Assembly: GCF_000981445.1 (NCBI RefSeq)
Contig: NC_027217.1
Location: forward strand, 310,001 to 374,000
Source of the DNA: Babesia bigemina
Lineage: Eukaryota
Length of the DNA: 64,000 nt
Reading direction: 5' to 3'
In this document: positions 20,567-33,546 of the stretch, piece by piece
Position numbering within the stretch: the stretch's first letter is position 1
Layout of the letters: the number at the start of each line of letters is the position of its first letter
The notes under the pieces: model-generated
Database searches by the model: none
Told to the model about the DNA's origin: nothing
What the model saw: only the letters and a program-made list of their open reading frames with translations
Program-made: the position numbers and the translations under genes

Positions 20567-22299
20567 ATGTCTACTTCCGGCGACGTCCGGAGTGTCAACG
20601 AGATTTGGCTAACAGCGGAGACAGCAGCGATATCTGACCGTATTGAGTTTGGCGTCCCCGCCATAGACAGCGCGTTCGGCGGTGGCATCTACTGCGGGAA
20701 GCTTACGGAGATCCATGGCGCAGCCGGCTCCGGCAAAACGCAACTTGCGCTAACTCTCGTGGCTCAGGTATGTGATGTGTACTGTTCTACTGCCGGTGTG
20801 TATGTCGGTTCCGTTCGTCTATGCTTTCTGTCACCTTCACATCTACCCGCGGTTCTTGCAGTGTTTAGGGAACCTTCCGTCGCCGTACGTGCGATGAATC
20901 AACGACCGTTTACATCTTTGTATGCGACTTGTTCTCCTGAGCTACCATGCCGGAGCACATCCGCTGTAAACTGTTGTACGCCCCCTTCTACAACATGCGC
21001 CGTATTTTAAAGTACTTGTGATGTTGAGGCAAAGAATATGACGATTTAATGCATTGGTGCCGGTTAAGGTTACACGATTGCCAGATAGTCCATGAGTTTC
21101 CCGTAGATGCTCGCAAGTGGCCGAATCCATCGGTGTAAAATATCTAACTTCTCAGTGTAACCACTGCCGAACTGGTGCTTTGGTATTGCCTCACCCATTT
21201 GTTTGTGGATAATGACTTTGATATAATGTGCGCCTTTATTAAGCAGGATATGGTCTGGGTGGTCCCCTTTCATTTAAAAGGCCCACGCTGTGCTGCCAAG
21301 TTTTCCACTGATGCACGAATATGGTGCTACATGTACCAGTACCCATATTTCTAAGGTATAATGATATCGTAGGAGCTGATTACTTCCCACGTAGAAGGCA
21401 CCAATGGTGTCCTGATTTACTTCCACACGGGCGGGACGTTTCCCATTGCCCGCCTTTGCGAGATGATAGGTGCTTTGAAACCTGTATGCGTTCAACGGTT
21501 TGCACAGAGGGCAAAATGCAATACGTGGATCCCTCAGTGCCGGCGGATCCCACCGTGGTGAAGGGCATCCTCAAGAATTTATGTATCGACAAGGTCACTG
21601 AACCGGGGGTATGTTACATGAGCCTTCCGGGCACATATCATCCGTAGGAGCTCGTTATGAAACTCGTTAACATGTACGGCGTGAAGGACGACTCTAAGAA
21701 TGTGCGTATTTAGCTATAAGCGGCAACCGTTGTGGGACTTCTCACTTGATATCAGATCCGGCTTGTGGTCATCGACTCCATCGCGCCACTATTCCGATCC
21801 ACATTTCACTCCAAAGGGTTGGTCAAATGCCGAGGGTAATGCGGGTACATACGGTTACAGGGGTGGGAAGAACCCTAGGAGCAACCTGCTCCAGGTGTCG
21901 TCGTTCCTGAAGCGATTGGCCTCTGAGATGGACCTGGCTGTACTGGTGCTGAACGAGGTTGGTGGCTCTCAGCCTGTGCTACATGTTACGTAGGTCACGG
22001 GCGGCGGTGACTCGGCTCTTAAGCCCGCCGGCGGGTCGACCACTAATGTAGGTGTATCTGCGCGGTTTATGACACTGTCTACAGGTTAAACCAGTTCTGG
22101 GCGACACCTGGACGCAGTGTCTAAATTGCCGTGCATCGCTACAAATTCAGAGTGCGTTGTATGGACGCGCCACCAACCACTCGCAGAGAGCATGATGGTG
22201 ACGCGTCGTTTTCTCCAGGTCCTTTTCAACGTGCACGGGCCTCCTTCAGGTCCCATATCCATTCAAATAACGCGATGTGGCGTCGAGGCTCAGGAGTAA
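20567..22299 (+). CDS. RAD51 paralog / XRCC3-like DNA repair protein (multi-exon)
   Basis: IDSAFGGGIYCGKLTEIHGAAGSGKTQLAL (Walker A), IRLVVIDSIA (Walker B, ~21756), LAVLVLNEV and VKPVLGDTW. Confidence 0.8.
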
Positions 22300-22660
22300 A
22301 AAAACTGCCGCGTCTCTGCTAATCGTGCCAGCGCTTTTACTGGCATGTGTAGTGCCGCGGATTGGTCACAAAGGAGGCGGCTAGTCGGGAAGCTGTTGCA
22401 GACTCATTCCTCATAACACAAACAACTAAATTACAACACTTTTAACGGATAAATAGATAGATTGTGTGGGACCCGGAGGCTTTGGCGACTCCTCTGCGGG
22501 GGCGTCATCCCGGCTCGTAGACAGTCTGAGGGTCGCGTTTGCTTCCTATGCGCAACTCCCACAGGCAACCATACATTCCGGATGCTGATGGCGGCAACCA
22601 CTGGTCTGTAATGCCTGTAGTTATCGCATAGCGCGCGTTAGGAAGCACGGCTACGCCACG

Positions 22661-25600
22661 ATGATTCCAGCGGCTCCGGACGGCACGCAGCTGGTTGATA
22701 CCGAGACTTACAAGCAATGGAGGTCGGCTGAGATCAATGTAAGTCTGGAATCGCTTGTTTTGTTGGGTCGCATATGGCGCTGCAGGAGCTCGAGTTGTGC
22801 GTGTGGAGCGCTGATATGTTCAAGTATGGCATAGCAGCCAGTTACGAAAGCTATGGATCACTGAAAACAGCTATAAGAAGGTGGGTACTGCCCTTTGTAT
22901 TATATAGAGTACGACCCACTTATTGCCAATTCCTCGTCCGCGCAGCTTGATTTTCTTTGCGGGTATAAGGGTTGCGTGAATTTCGCTCGGGCGTCCTGTA
23001 TGACTCTTCGACCTGGTCGCCGCATTAATGCTCAGTTGCGCTTTTGGTGTGTTTTTTTTAATGGTTTTCCTATGTATGGACTGTGTATGGTGTCTATGCA
23101 CGTGCCGGATTTGCATAATTCGGTGAAATGCGTGCATATCAGTTGGCGTACTGGCATTGAAAAGTCGTATACTTGATGACTCTTGAGTGCCTTCATAATG
23201 TGCAACCTACATACACCCACTTGGGATTAACCCCCGTCATTTACCGCTTCACATAAATGCAGGGGCGTACCCGACTTGATCAAGCAATATATTTGGATAA
23301 AGGCGAATGGCGCAGACCGCTTTTACGTTGAGCATCCCAATTTTTACAAGCATTCCTTCACCACGACCTTCGGGCAAAATGTGCCGGAGGTCATGGGAGA
23401 GGACTGCCCTACCTTTTGTGGTACGTCTATTTCACCGGATTTAATGCGCGTCAGGTGGTATATCTGGGCTCCAAAGTGACGTCCTGGGCACTCCTATCCG
23501 CGCTAAGGATATCGATTTCAACGCCACCTCTCTTGACGCAGACGGTTTGAGCGATACGGTATTCCAGTGGCACCGGCGGAGCCAGCATGAGTCGGATGGA
23601 GGCTCTGGGTACGACACGGATGAAGAATCGCCGTTGACTCGCGAGCTGTCCGTATCTTCGTTACGGGAGAACTACTCCAGGCGCAAACCCGGTCGGTCGC
23701 ACCGTTCGGCGGCTTATGCCGATGATGACTCGACCCCACATGTACGCTTCGACGTGGACGTCTGGCGTGACCTGAGCGCGTTGCCGCTTCCCGACGTGAG
23801 TGAGGATGCGCCCGAGGTGGATCGGCGCGACCCTCTGGACCATTATTTATCCGTGCTCCACGCCGAGAACAGTAACCAGATGATGCTTTTGAAAGAGGCC
23901 AAGAAGAAGATCCGTGAGCGTCAGGTCTCCTTAAGCGAAGTGAGCAGCGGTGGTAACATGCAAAGGCAGTTTTCCGATACCTCATTGCTGAGCAGTGGGT
24001 TGACGTTGCCGAACCCGCCGTCGCACTACCCCAAGATCGTTCACAACCAGCTCCCCCTCGCGCACAAGGGCAGCATGAGCCAGGTCTGTCCGAGGACGTC
24101 TACGATTATCCGTTTCCTACGCCAACGTGAACAGCGACCTGTGCTAGCTTCTGTGGATGTTTCTATTCCGCGTCGTTGTCGATTTTTGGATTTCTGTGCA
24201 CGGATGGGTCTGCTTTGCGGCGCGCGCAGATCGAGGCGTAGCATGTACGTCGATTGGAGCTCCTCTAATAGCGAGACGGCTCATGGGGTAGGGCATCTGC
24301 CGTCCGATACACTGTCCGATCAGAGCGGATTCTCGTACGAAAATACAGGGGGCGATGTTACTCGCACGACCTTGGCGGATGGCAATTTCCAGCAGGCCAA
24401 CGACAGCATAGGCACGACGGGCACGTTCCAAGCTTCTTCAAACGAGCCTAACTCTACGGATGGTGGCTACATCAGGTTCCCATCCACAGCGGGCGACACC
24501 ATGTTGGTGCGACAGGCGACGACCAAAGTCTTCCACAGCTCTGTGTACAAGCTGTCGGACATTACGGACTACACGGCGCTGTTGACGCCGAGTGGTGTGA
24601 ACGAGGTGAAGCGCATTTTGTGGTGCCTAAACACATCGTTTTCGGCCACCATCGAGTTCCTGCCCGTCATCCCTTCGCTTTGTTGCCTGCTGCTGGTGTA
24701 CATGGCTCCCGATATCGCGCTGTGCGTGTTACACTGCTTGATGGTGAGGGCCGTTGAATCGGCCCGTTTGGAGTGCGGCGAGCGGTTTTTGTTCGTCGAC
24801 CGTGAGGGCTTCGTGGACTTCGTGAAGTACGTGCTTAACGTGATGCGCTACCACATGCGGAAGTTGGTTGCCAAGCTTCAGCTGCTGAACGTTGACGTTG
24901 CCGCGTGGATAGCGCGCTCTGTGCAGAGCGGCTTTTCGCACGTGCTACCGTTTGACCACGCCTTGCGCATCTATGGCGATTTCCTGTTCGAGGGGGAGAT
25001 AGTGCTGTGTCGCTACTGCATCGCCCTGATAAAGCACGGGCATGATACGCTCATGAAGTGCAACACCCAGCATGAAGCCGAAGAGGCCCTGTACAATATA
25101 GGCCTGGACAACACCCTCGACGTTGACCAGCTGACGAAGCTGGCGTACAGCTTCCGTCTGAAGTACTACAAGAGCGAGGTGAAGGGCGATCCGGTGACGC
25201 CGTACCTGATGCCCGTTAAAATACGCGCATTCTACCGCCCGCGGTTGTGTTCCCTATCTCGCATAGTAAGGGAGCACAAGTGGGAGACGATATGGTCGTG
25301 GCTTTTACCCAGATACCGCATTTTGGATCCGCGTATGTTTTACAGCTCAGACCGCCACGGAACGTCGATGCTTGGTCTTGTGAAGGCCCTTGAAGATTCT
25401 GGACGCTCTGGCGTAGCGTCGCTTTTGTTCATTGAGACCACTACCCGCGACATTTTGGGCGTGTTTATCCCCACGCTCAACTGCGAAGCTGCAGAGGGGC
25501 TGTTCACGTCGCCACATCGTGAGTGCTTGTGTGCCCGACCCTAACTGTTTGCAGAGTCCGACCAGCTTGACTCCTTCGTATTCACGCTGAAACCCCAGGA

Positions 25601-25814
25601 GCACATCTACAAGTGGTCTGGCCTAAACACGACCGGCGTCAAGATTAGTTCGCACCAGATCGTCGTCGGCAGCGACCACCCGGCGCTGCTGCTGGACAAG
25701 GCGATGAGCACAGGTGTCTCGCAAGCCTGCGCCTCCTACAACTCACCCAAATTGGTGACCACCCAGAATGGCTATTTCGACGTGTCCAACATCGAGCTGT
25801 GGCATCTGTTCTGA
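22661..25814 (+). CDS. TBC + TLDc domain protein (TBC1D24-like)
   Basis: Spliced start MIPAAPDG...; TBC start GVPDLIKQYIW; TBC core IEFLPVIPSLCCLLL and RIYGDFLFEG; TLDc FYSSDRHGTS, SFVFTL and IELWHLF*. Confidence 0.8.
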
Positions 25815-25978
25815 AGCCTGTGGGCCAAATACAAGATAGAAAACGCTTATTGTTTATAATGTTCTTACGTATGACATGACACTCAGCAATTCCACCTGGT
25901 GTTCCAGCCGTATAACGGCCAGGCTTCTCAGGCGTCGCCTTTAAACTTTGCATTTTGCCCCGTCCCTCTCTCGGGTGG

Positions 25979-27085
25979 CTACGGGTGTGGCGGTGTCATC
26001 CAGTTCTCATGCAATTTCCGCAAGTTGTTCTGCACTGTTTGGTAGTATTGTGGCACCATGGCGGTATTCTGGAACGCCTCGTGCGGCAGCGGGTGTTCGA
26101 TGACGCGCTGCACGTGCACCGGTACGGGCACCTCGTGATACCTGCGGCCATTTGTGGACTGCCCTCGGTCTACGCACCTCGTCTCTACGTTTCTGCAGGT
26201 GAACTCCTGTATGACGTCGATCTCTACTGGTATGGGGACTTCGCGTTCGATGACTTTGGTCACCGGCACGTTGCGGTACTGCTTGATGGGTACCTCCACG
26301 GGCGTTGGTACTTTGCGATATTGTGGCGTGATGACATCTTTGTACTTGTGCTGCGTGGGTATATCGCCACCAATCTAGTGTCTGACCTGGATCTGCGGTA
26401 CTTCGACGATTTTCTCGACCTCGACAGGGCGATCGATGTAGTGGGTGACGTGGACGTCCTTATGGACGATCTCGGGGATCTCTTGTTCGACTTCCACGAT
26501 GCGCTCGTTGATCACCTGCATGTAAATAAGCGCGTGGTGTCGATGGAAACAACGGTTTATAGGGCGGTGCTACTCCGCGACACATCGGATGCCCCTCCCT
26601 ACGTTGGTATCGGGTGCGTCATCCACACAGTGGGAGCTGCTCACCACGAGTCTTACCTCCTTGTACTCGATTCGCGGGACTTCCACAATGCGCTCCTTGG
26701 TCACCTTCTTGGGCACGCTCACCACGCGCTCCTGTATGACCACCTTGGGTATCTCAATCACCTTTTCCTGGTAGACGTATTGCGGCACCTCCACCACCTT
26801 CTCCACGATTTGTATGACTGGCACCTCCACAATTTTCTCCTGAATTATGGGCTTGGGCAGGTGCTTGATGCGCTCCTGCAGCAGCGGCTTTGCCACGTGC
26901 ACGATGTTCTCCTGGATGACCGGCTCCGGTATTTCGGTCACGCGCTTCACATACTGTATTTCCGGTACTTCTACAATTCGCTCGTGTATTTCCGGCTTCG
27001 GCACCTCTATAACTCGCTCCCGCACGACCGGCTCCAGGATGATCGCGTCTGCCGGCGGCGTCTTGACTCCCACGGCGTCGGCCAT
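25979..27085 (-). CDS. Alveolin / inner membrane complex (IMC1-family) protein
   Basis: Val/Pro-rich alveolin repeats (ERVIEVPK, EKIVEVPV, EKVIEIPK) over several exons. Confidence 0.9.
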
Positions 27086-27774
27086 CGAATAAGCCAGTTT
27101 GGTGATATTCGCGTGCCTTGCGCTGTTTTGCTCTGGCCCGTTGTGAACTCAGGTTGTGGGCACGCGGCTCAGGTGGTATGTTGCGGTTCGGCGGCGTTTC
27201 TGGTCGCCCTCTGGCACGTAGGCACCGATGTGCATAGCGCGGGCGGTACAGGCGTCTGGCTGACGTCGCCAATACGGTCGAGACAACAGGAAATCGACCG
27301 CCGCATCTTCTCAAGCTGGGATACGGCGCAGATTCCGCAGGGGTCTGTAACGTGCGTGTTCCGGTGTGTACGTTCTATGTGAGAGGCGCCGCTGCGCGTG
27401 ACCAATGGCAGCCCATTTCGTCAATAGTTCCACTAGTTGCGAACGCGGAAGTGGTCCTTCCGACCAGTTACGCTGCTAATGAGCCCGGGAATGCGGGGGA
27501 GCGGTGTCTCCCCTGTCCTACACACTGGTATGCGAACGCCCTGCCGCAAAAGCCGCATTGAAAGGCTATCCACCTAGTGACACGATAAAACTGCAACGAT
27601 ATGTCTTATAGCATGCCCCATTAGACAGACACTGGACATGTTGGTCCGCGCAGGAGTGGCGTCGGTGACCACGTCCGTCACGACGCGCACATCGCCGTGA
27701 GCAGCCCTATTGCACTTTCATTATATTTGTATTAAATGCAAATTTACTGATTAGTCGTATTTTTAGTATTCACG

Positions 27775-29055
27775 ATGGTTTTTGGTCTATTTTATCAAAT
27801 CGGCGTTAGGGCCGTCCCTCGCACGGCATTTCGGCGTTTCCTCCACGCCTCGCCTCGCCATGACAAGCTGACGACGTTCATGCTGAGTGACATCGGCGAA
27901 GGTATATCCGAGGTGGAGCTGGTGCGATGGCACAAGGCCGTTGGCGAGGAGGTGGAGGAGATGGAGACGGTTTGCACCGTTCAGAGCGACAAGGCCGCCG
28001 TCGACATCACGAGTCGCTACACGGGCGTGGTGAAGAAGCTCTACGTGGACACTGGCAACATGATCAACATTGGCTCTCCGCTCATGGATATTGACGCCGA
28101 GGAGCACACGGAAGTGCATGCCGCGCCGGCGTCCGCGGATGTCGCTAAGGCGGTGCCGCAGGAGCCCGCCGCCTCGTCATCACCGACGACGCCAAACCAG
28201 GTCTTCCAGCGTAACAAGGCTGGGGGCGTCTCCGCCACTCCGGCCGTGCGCCAGTTGGCCAAACAACTTGGCGTTGACTTGGAATCTGTGCATCCCACGG
28301 GTTCCATGGGCCAGGTGACGCGTGAGGACGTGGAGAAGCTGGCCGCTAGCAAAAACGCGGGTTCGGAGGTCCCCGGCAAGTTCGTCAAGTTCAACTCCGT
28401 CGGGCGCGGCATGGTCAAGAGCATGGTTGGCTCCCTCGAGGTGCCGCACGTCACCGTGGGCGAGGACCTCGACCTGACCGAGCTGCGCGCCTTTTACCGT
28501 GAGAAGCGCGCCGTGGAGACCGATGTGAAGCTGACGATGACGCCATTCCTGCTCAAGGGGATGTCCCTCGCTCTGTCTGCCAGCCCCGTGATGAACTCGA
28601 AGTTCATGGGCGACGGCTACATGGAGTACTCGGAGCACAACATCAACGTGGCGGTCGCCACGAAACATGGCCTGCTCGTGCCCGTGATCCACAACGTGGA
28701 GTCGAAGACCGTGCGCGAGCTGCAACATGACCTCATACGTGTGCAGCGCCTCGCCACTGAGATGCGCCTGTCGCCGGAGGACATTCGCGGCGGAACTGCG
28801 ACTCTGAGCAACCTCGGCGCCATCGGCGGCACCTACGTCAATGCGCGTCTGTTCGGCGGGCAGGGTACCATAGTGGCGCTCGGCGCTGCGCGGAAGCAGC
28901 CCCGCTACGTTGGCGACGCCCTGGTGCCGCGCGAGATAGCGATAATGGGCGTCACCGCCGACCACCGCCACATCGACGGCGCCGCCATCGCGCACTTCGC
29001 CGCGAATTTGAAGGCCATCCTGCAGGACCTGGACAAGATGCTACAGCACTACTGA
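27775..29055 (+). CDS. DBT: Dihydrolipoamide acyltransferase E2 of branched-chain alpha-ketoacid dehydrogenase
   Basis: Mitochondrial-type leader, lipoyl domain (LSDIGEGISEVEL; VQSDKAA), E3-binding ATPAVRQLAK and catalytic ADHRHIDG. Confidence 0.93.
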   Translation: MVFGLFYQIGVRAVPRTAFRRFLHASPRHDKLTTFMLSDIGEGISEVELVRWHKAVGEEVEEMETVCTVQSDKAAVDITSRYTGVVKKLYVDTGNMINIGSPLMDIDAEEHTEVHAAPASADVAKAVPQEPAASSSPTTPNQVFQRNKAGGVSATPAVRQLAKQLGVDLESVHPTGSMGQVTREDVEKLAASKNAGSEVPGKFVKFNSVGRGMVKSMVGSLEVPHVTVGEDLDLTELRAFYREKRAVETDVKLTMTPFLLKGMSLALSASPVMNSKFMGDGYMEYSEHNINVAVATKHGLLVPVIHNVESKTVRELQHDLIRVQRLATEMRLSPEDIRGGTATLSNLGAIGGTYVNARLFGGQGTIVALGAARKQPRYVGDALVPREIAIMGVTADHRHIDGAAIAHFAANLKAILQDLDKMLQHY

Positions 29056-29166
29056 TGCCGCCCAGGAAGTTTTTAAAAGTCTCGATTTTGTACACTACAG
29101 CCGTTCCACGATTCTACGTTAAGTTCTAACATGTGCCGATCACATGGGATTGTATGCCCCCTAATT

Positions 29167-31188
29167 TCACGTGAAGTATCCGTTATAAGTGAGTCTCAGT
29201 AGCAGGCTGCTCTGGTGGCGCTCCTCGGTTCCCTGCAGCAGGGCGAGGAGCGCTCGCATGTGCCTGTCGAATTGGTGCGATGCGGTGCCCACCATGGCGA
29301 TGTAGCCCTCGTTGTGCAGCAGGTCGGTTGTGAACTTGGTAGCGCGTTCCAATTCGGCGTGCCTGTCAGGTTGCCGCGCGGCCCCGCTGTCGGTTTCACG
29401 CTGCTCAAGGAACTCCAGCACCTGCGTGGCGAAGATGTTGCACAACGAGAGCGCGCGATTGATTGACGGCGCCACGGCCTCGTCATCGATCATGCAGTCC
29501 TTGGTGACCTGGTCCACGAACTGGTGGTGGCGTGAGACGATGAAGCTGAACGACTGTTGCGCCTTGTCATTTTTGAGGTGGTTTTCGTATGTCTGCAGCA
29601 TGAGGTTGAAGTTGCGTTCGGTGACCTCAACCGTGCACAGGTATGCGATATTGCGGCACAGGAAGAGCATTCGTTCGACGATGACGAAGGTGTAGTTCAG
29701 CCTGAGTTGCGCGCTTGGCATCAGCGGCAGGCGCTTCCACTTCATATGCGTCAGCCAAATCCGTGAGAGTGCGTGTTCCGTTTGCTTCAGTTGCAGGAGG
29801 AAATTGAAAGCGGTTTGGTATTTCGCCATGACATCCTCGCTGAAGAATATCTGCATTGGCCACTCGACCGTGAAGCAGAGCTTGAGCCGTTTCGAAATGT
29901 TGCTGTCGGGCCTGGTGCTCAACCCCAGTGGCGCACTCCCGTCCACGAGCCTGAGCGCGTACAAATGCTTGTACGCATCGTTTCTGAGCGACGACTGCGC
30001 GACGGCCTCCTGGAAGCTTAGGTTGATAGATTCGTGCAGCGTGTTGTGGTCTAGGTCGGCGAGGATGTTGGTCACGTAGTCCGCCCGCGACAGCAACAGG
30101 AACCTGTGGACCGACTCCAGCATTTCCATCAGGTTGCAGTCAGCCACGATGTACTTGACGAGTTCGTCGGATGCCACCTGGTGCAAAGTGGCAACGTGCG
30201 CCTTCAGTTCCTCCACCGACGTGAACTGCAGCGGCTGGTAGTTCGGCAAAGCCTTACCCTTGGACCTCGCCAATATCCTGATGTACATTCCGGTGTTCAG
30301 TATCGTTTCCGCGATGTCCTTCATGACGTTTGGCACGCGCGACCAATCTATGCCGAATGTCTGTTCCTCCTCCGATGCCTCCGTTGGGGGGCCCTTGCGC
30401 ACTACGAAGAATTCCTGGCAGGGGTCGTAGAGCTCCCCGAAGCTGATCCACGTGTCCACGAGGTGGCAGTACGCTTCCATCGCCTGCTTGAAGAGGTGGT
30501 TTGCGAGGCCGCGCCGCGCATCGCCTGTCCCATAGAGCTGGCAGGTGGCTGCGAGAGTGTTGAGCAGCGCGGCGCCCGTGGCTCGGCTCTTCGCAATGAC
30601 TCCCTGCAGCACCTCGAATGTGTGTATCGCCGGCTGTATGTACAGCTTGAACCTTTGCAGCCCCATGCCGACGTTGCGTTGCGATTCGTCGAATTGTGCG
30701 ATACGGCTCTGCAGCTCTTGCAGCAGCACGTTGAGTACCTCGCAGAGGCTCAGCACCACGAACCCGCGTTCGTTGTCCTGGACGAAGTCCTGAACTTTTC
30801 GCTGCATGACGGCGAGCTCGAGGATCTCCTCCGCCATCATGCACAGCGTGGCGTCGTTTTCTGTAACAGCATTAGGGCGCGACCGAGTGGACCAACTTCG
30901 ATCGAGGATGGGGCTGCGATGTACCGCGTAGGAGGCATGCTCGACGTGGTACAAGGTCCCTTCGGAGCCGCAGAGGACGTTGATGACATCTTCGAGGACG
31001 ATGCTCTCCTTGACGTTAGCCGGGTAGGTGGGCCAGTTCCGCCTCAACCTAAGCTCCAGCGCGTCACTTCCGCCGCGATTCACGTGCACCAGCGATATCA
31101 GGGGCGGGAAATAGGCGCTGGTAACGGCTGCGGTGTGAGCGAATTCCGGCTCTACACAGCTCTGGTACAGTTCGCCGTCCACCTTCAT
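29167..31188 (-). CDS. GCP2: Gamma-tubulin complex component 2-like (Spc97/Spc98 family)
   Basis: LQRFKLYIQPA, WISFGELYDPCQEFFV, ILNTGMY, FLLLSRADY and VEWPMQIFF...KYQTAFNFLL are GRIP-domain motifs. The start codon is uncertain. Confidence 0.8.
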   Translation of the reverse strand: MKVDGELYQSCVEPEFAHTAAVTSAYFPPLISLVHVNRGGSDALELRLRRNWPTYPANVKESIVLEDVINVLCGSEGTLYHVEHASYAVHRSPILDRSWSTRSRPNAVTENDATLCMMAEEILELAVMQRKVQDFVQDNERGFVVLSLCEVLNVLLQELQSRIAQFDESQRNVGMGLQRFKLYIQPAIHTFEVLQGVIAKSRATGAALLNTLAATCQLYGTGDARRGLANHLFKQAMEAYCHLVDTWISFGELYDPCQEFFVVRKGPPTEASEEEQTFGIDWSRVPNVMKDIAETILNTGMYIRILARSKGKALPNYQPLQFTSVEELKAHVATLHQVASDELVKYIVADCNLMEMLESVHRFLLLSRADYVTNILADLDHNTLHESINLSFQEAVAQSSLRNDAYKHLYALRLVDGSAPLGLSTRPDSNISKRLKLCFTVEWPMQIFFSEDVMAKYQTAFNFLLQLKQTEHALSRIWLTHMKWKRLPLMPSAQLRLNYTFVIVERMLFLCRNIAYLCTVEVTERNFNLMLQTYENHLKNDKAQQSFSFIVSRHHQFVDQVTKDCMIDDEAVAPSINRALSLCNIFATQVLEFLEQRETDSGAARQPDRHAELERATKFTTDLLHNEGYIAMVGTASHQFDRHMRALLALLQGTEERHQSSLLLRLTYNGYFT

Positions 31189-31304
31189 TTCGGCTTCACA
31201 CACTCGGCCTAGAGCACGTTTGTAAGTCGTGTCATTTTAAAAATTATGTAATGTGTGATGTCTATAGGTGGTTATGGTTGGCGATGCCGCCTAGCGCCCT
31301 CCGC

Positions 31305-33546
31305 TCAACTGGCCACCCAGAAACTGCCGCAGTTCGCGATCGCCTTGAGCAGCGACATGTCTGCGAAGTCCCAGAATTTGCCCTCGACCTGGCCTTTGAA
31401 GCGTTGCCTGATGTGTTCGGGTTTCCTGAGGTACTCGTAGAAGGTGACGTCGGTGGCCATGTTCCGTGAGATTCTGAGACAGAGGCGCACGGCGAAAGCG
31501 AGGCAGGCGGCGTTAACGAGCACTCCGAACAAGATGATGGGTACATCCCATGCCCAGTCGAACTTCATGCGCGCGTACTCCGCCGCGAAGTGGAGGTACA
31601 CCACGTAGTAGGTGTGGCAGAGGCCGATGCACACGCTTGAGACGAACACGGCGAATGCACGCTGGTTGCCCTTCGCGACGCAGTTGTCCAACCATGCGCA
31701 GTGGTGGTCCTGTCTGACCATGCACACGCCGCAGGTCCCGCAGTGGTGCGACCTCGCCGCCCTGATCATGTTGCACGTGATGCACACGGTGGATATGCTG
31801 AGGTCCCGAACGGATCCCATGACCGCGTCCGCGTAGCCGAAGACGCAGTGCTCCTGCCTTTCCACTCCGACTTGCGGGTAGAGCGCGTGCATCTCGGTTT
31901 GCAGTATCTGCGCCTCCTCCCTGCAGACCTGCATCCGCTGCGCCATGCCGTCCTCTCCCGCGTACCCGCACGGGTCAAGTGGCTCGCTAAGCTCCCCGCT
32001 GAAGTCCTCATGAGGCACCCACGAGTTCAGCCTGTACGCTTCGCAGTTGATACGGTAGAGCTCGTAGTTGATGAGCTCCTGCTGCTTCTGCAGCGACTGC
32101 AGCTGCGCTTCGTAGGTCCCTCCGAGCATGGGCGCGTCCTTCATGATGTCGTTTTCGAAGTTGGCGGATGTCCTGTGCGACTGCGACATGACTGGGTTCT
32201 TGCGTGCTTTTCCGGGGTCGCTGGCGGAGGTGATAATCCAGAATCCGTAGCTGGCGATCCAACCGAGAATCCAGACGTCGACCAGCGCCGCCTGCATCGA
32301 GGTGGCTGTCTCCAGTGTTGAGTATATCCTCCAGTACAGCACGAGGTTAATAATCCCCCCGGTCCAGAAGTAGAGTGGGTGCGGTGTCCTGAATACCAAC
32401 ATGCGCCCCGTGAGTGCGTATTGCCACGACCAGATCTGCATGGCATTGAGTTGCGCGTGGGAAAGGCTTCAGAGCTGCGAATTGCAAACCGCGCGGCCAC
32501 GAATGTTCACACTAACCGCACACCATGCACATGATACGAAACTGACTGCAGAGGTCGCAACCACGGCTGCGTGCGTCGCACACCGGCACCTCCATCGCCA
32601 AGCTTCGACAAAAGGACGCAGCCACCTACCTTAAGCATCGAGTACTGCAGGAATCTGCGCTTCATGAGGCATATGCCGAGAGCCGTTTCCTCGTTGGCGG
32701 TTGCGGCGAGTGCCTTGGAGTGAACGAGTCCGATGCCCCCGTGCATGCAGAGGAACCTGAGCGTTTCATCGTTACCGCTCTCACACGCGTGATGCAACAC
32801 CGTGTTTCCCATGTGGTCCCTGTGCGCGAGGTTCGCGCCGCGGCTCAGCAGCCATTGTACTACAAATTGGCATCCCCGCCTGCTTGCGAGCATCAGCGCC
32901 GTGCGGCCCGACGCATCCTGTTCCTCCAAGGAGACCCCAGATAGGTACAGGAACTCCAGCATGTGCAAAGTCGATATCACGTTGTCCTCCAGAAACTCCG
33001 AGGCCGCCAGCAAGAACGGCGTCAGCCTCTTCCGGTTCTCGTGGCACAGCAGCTCCGTGCCGAAGCGCTGCACGAGCATCTGCACGATCTGCACGTTCGA
33101 TCCCCTGATTCCGAAGTAAATAGGCGTTTCCAGGTTGATGTCGTCCGGGCAGTGCGGGTCGCAGCCGACGTTGAGCAGGGTCTCAACCAGCTCTGGGTGG
33201 CCGCAGTAGCATGCTGCGACTCATGAGTATGCGCATGTCCTTTTCCTACCCCAATGCAGCGCGCAAATAGAATCCAGGTGAGAGACGTCATTCTTATCCA
33301 ACATGGGCTTCAAGATACGAAAGAGCGCATCGTGGTCCTTGTTGGTGGCGGCGCTGACGATACTCGTCTGAGGACCATGATCGTGGCGACTGGGTGGCTC
33401 ACCTCCGCTGATATGTAGTAATCGTCGCCGTTTTCAGCAGGTACCGAATCGTACGAGTACGCCGATCTCTCTCCATTCGTGTCTGACGTGTCGATGTTCG
33501 ACGACACGCACGTCGATGCCTCATTGAGATTTCCAATGTTCTTCAT
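31305..33546 (-). CDS. Ankyrin-repeat DHHC palmitoyltransferase (Akr1/ZDHHC17-like)
   Basis: Ankyrin repeats (GRTALMLAS, GNTVLHHAC), TM segments and a DHHC-CRD (CITCNMIRAARSHHCGTCGVCMVRQDHHCAWLDNCV). Confidence 0.92.

Noticed and set aside
22464..22563. Possible structured RNA closed by TGTGGGA/TCCCACA
   Set aside because: Short stems are expected by chance in GC-rich leader sequence, and no known RNA family motif is present.
25955..27382. 475-aa + strand ORF
   Set aside because: Antisense shadow of the alveolin gene; its composition mirrors the reverse-strand codon bias.
30106..31212. 368-aa + strand ORF (also 28180..28995-, 34993..36105-, 57732..58430+ and similar)
   Set aside because: Antisense shadow ORFs of GC3-rich conserved genes, with no motifs of their own.
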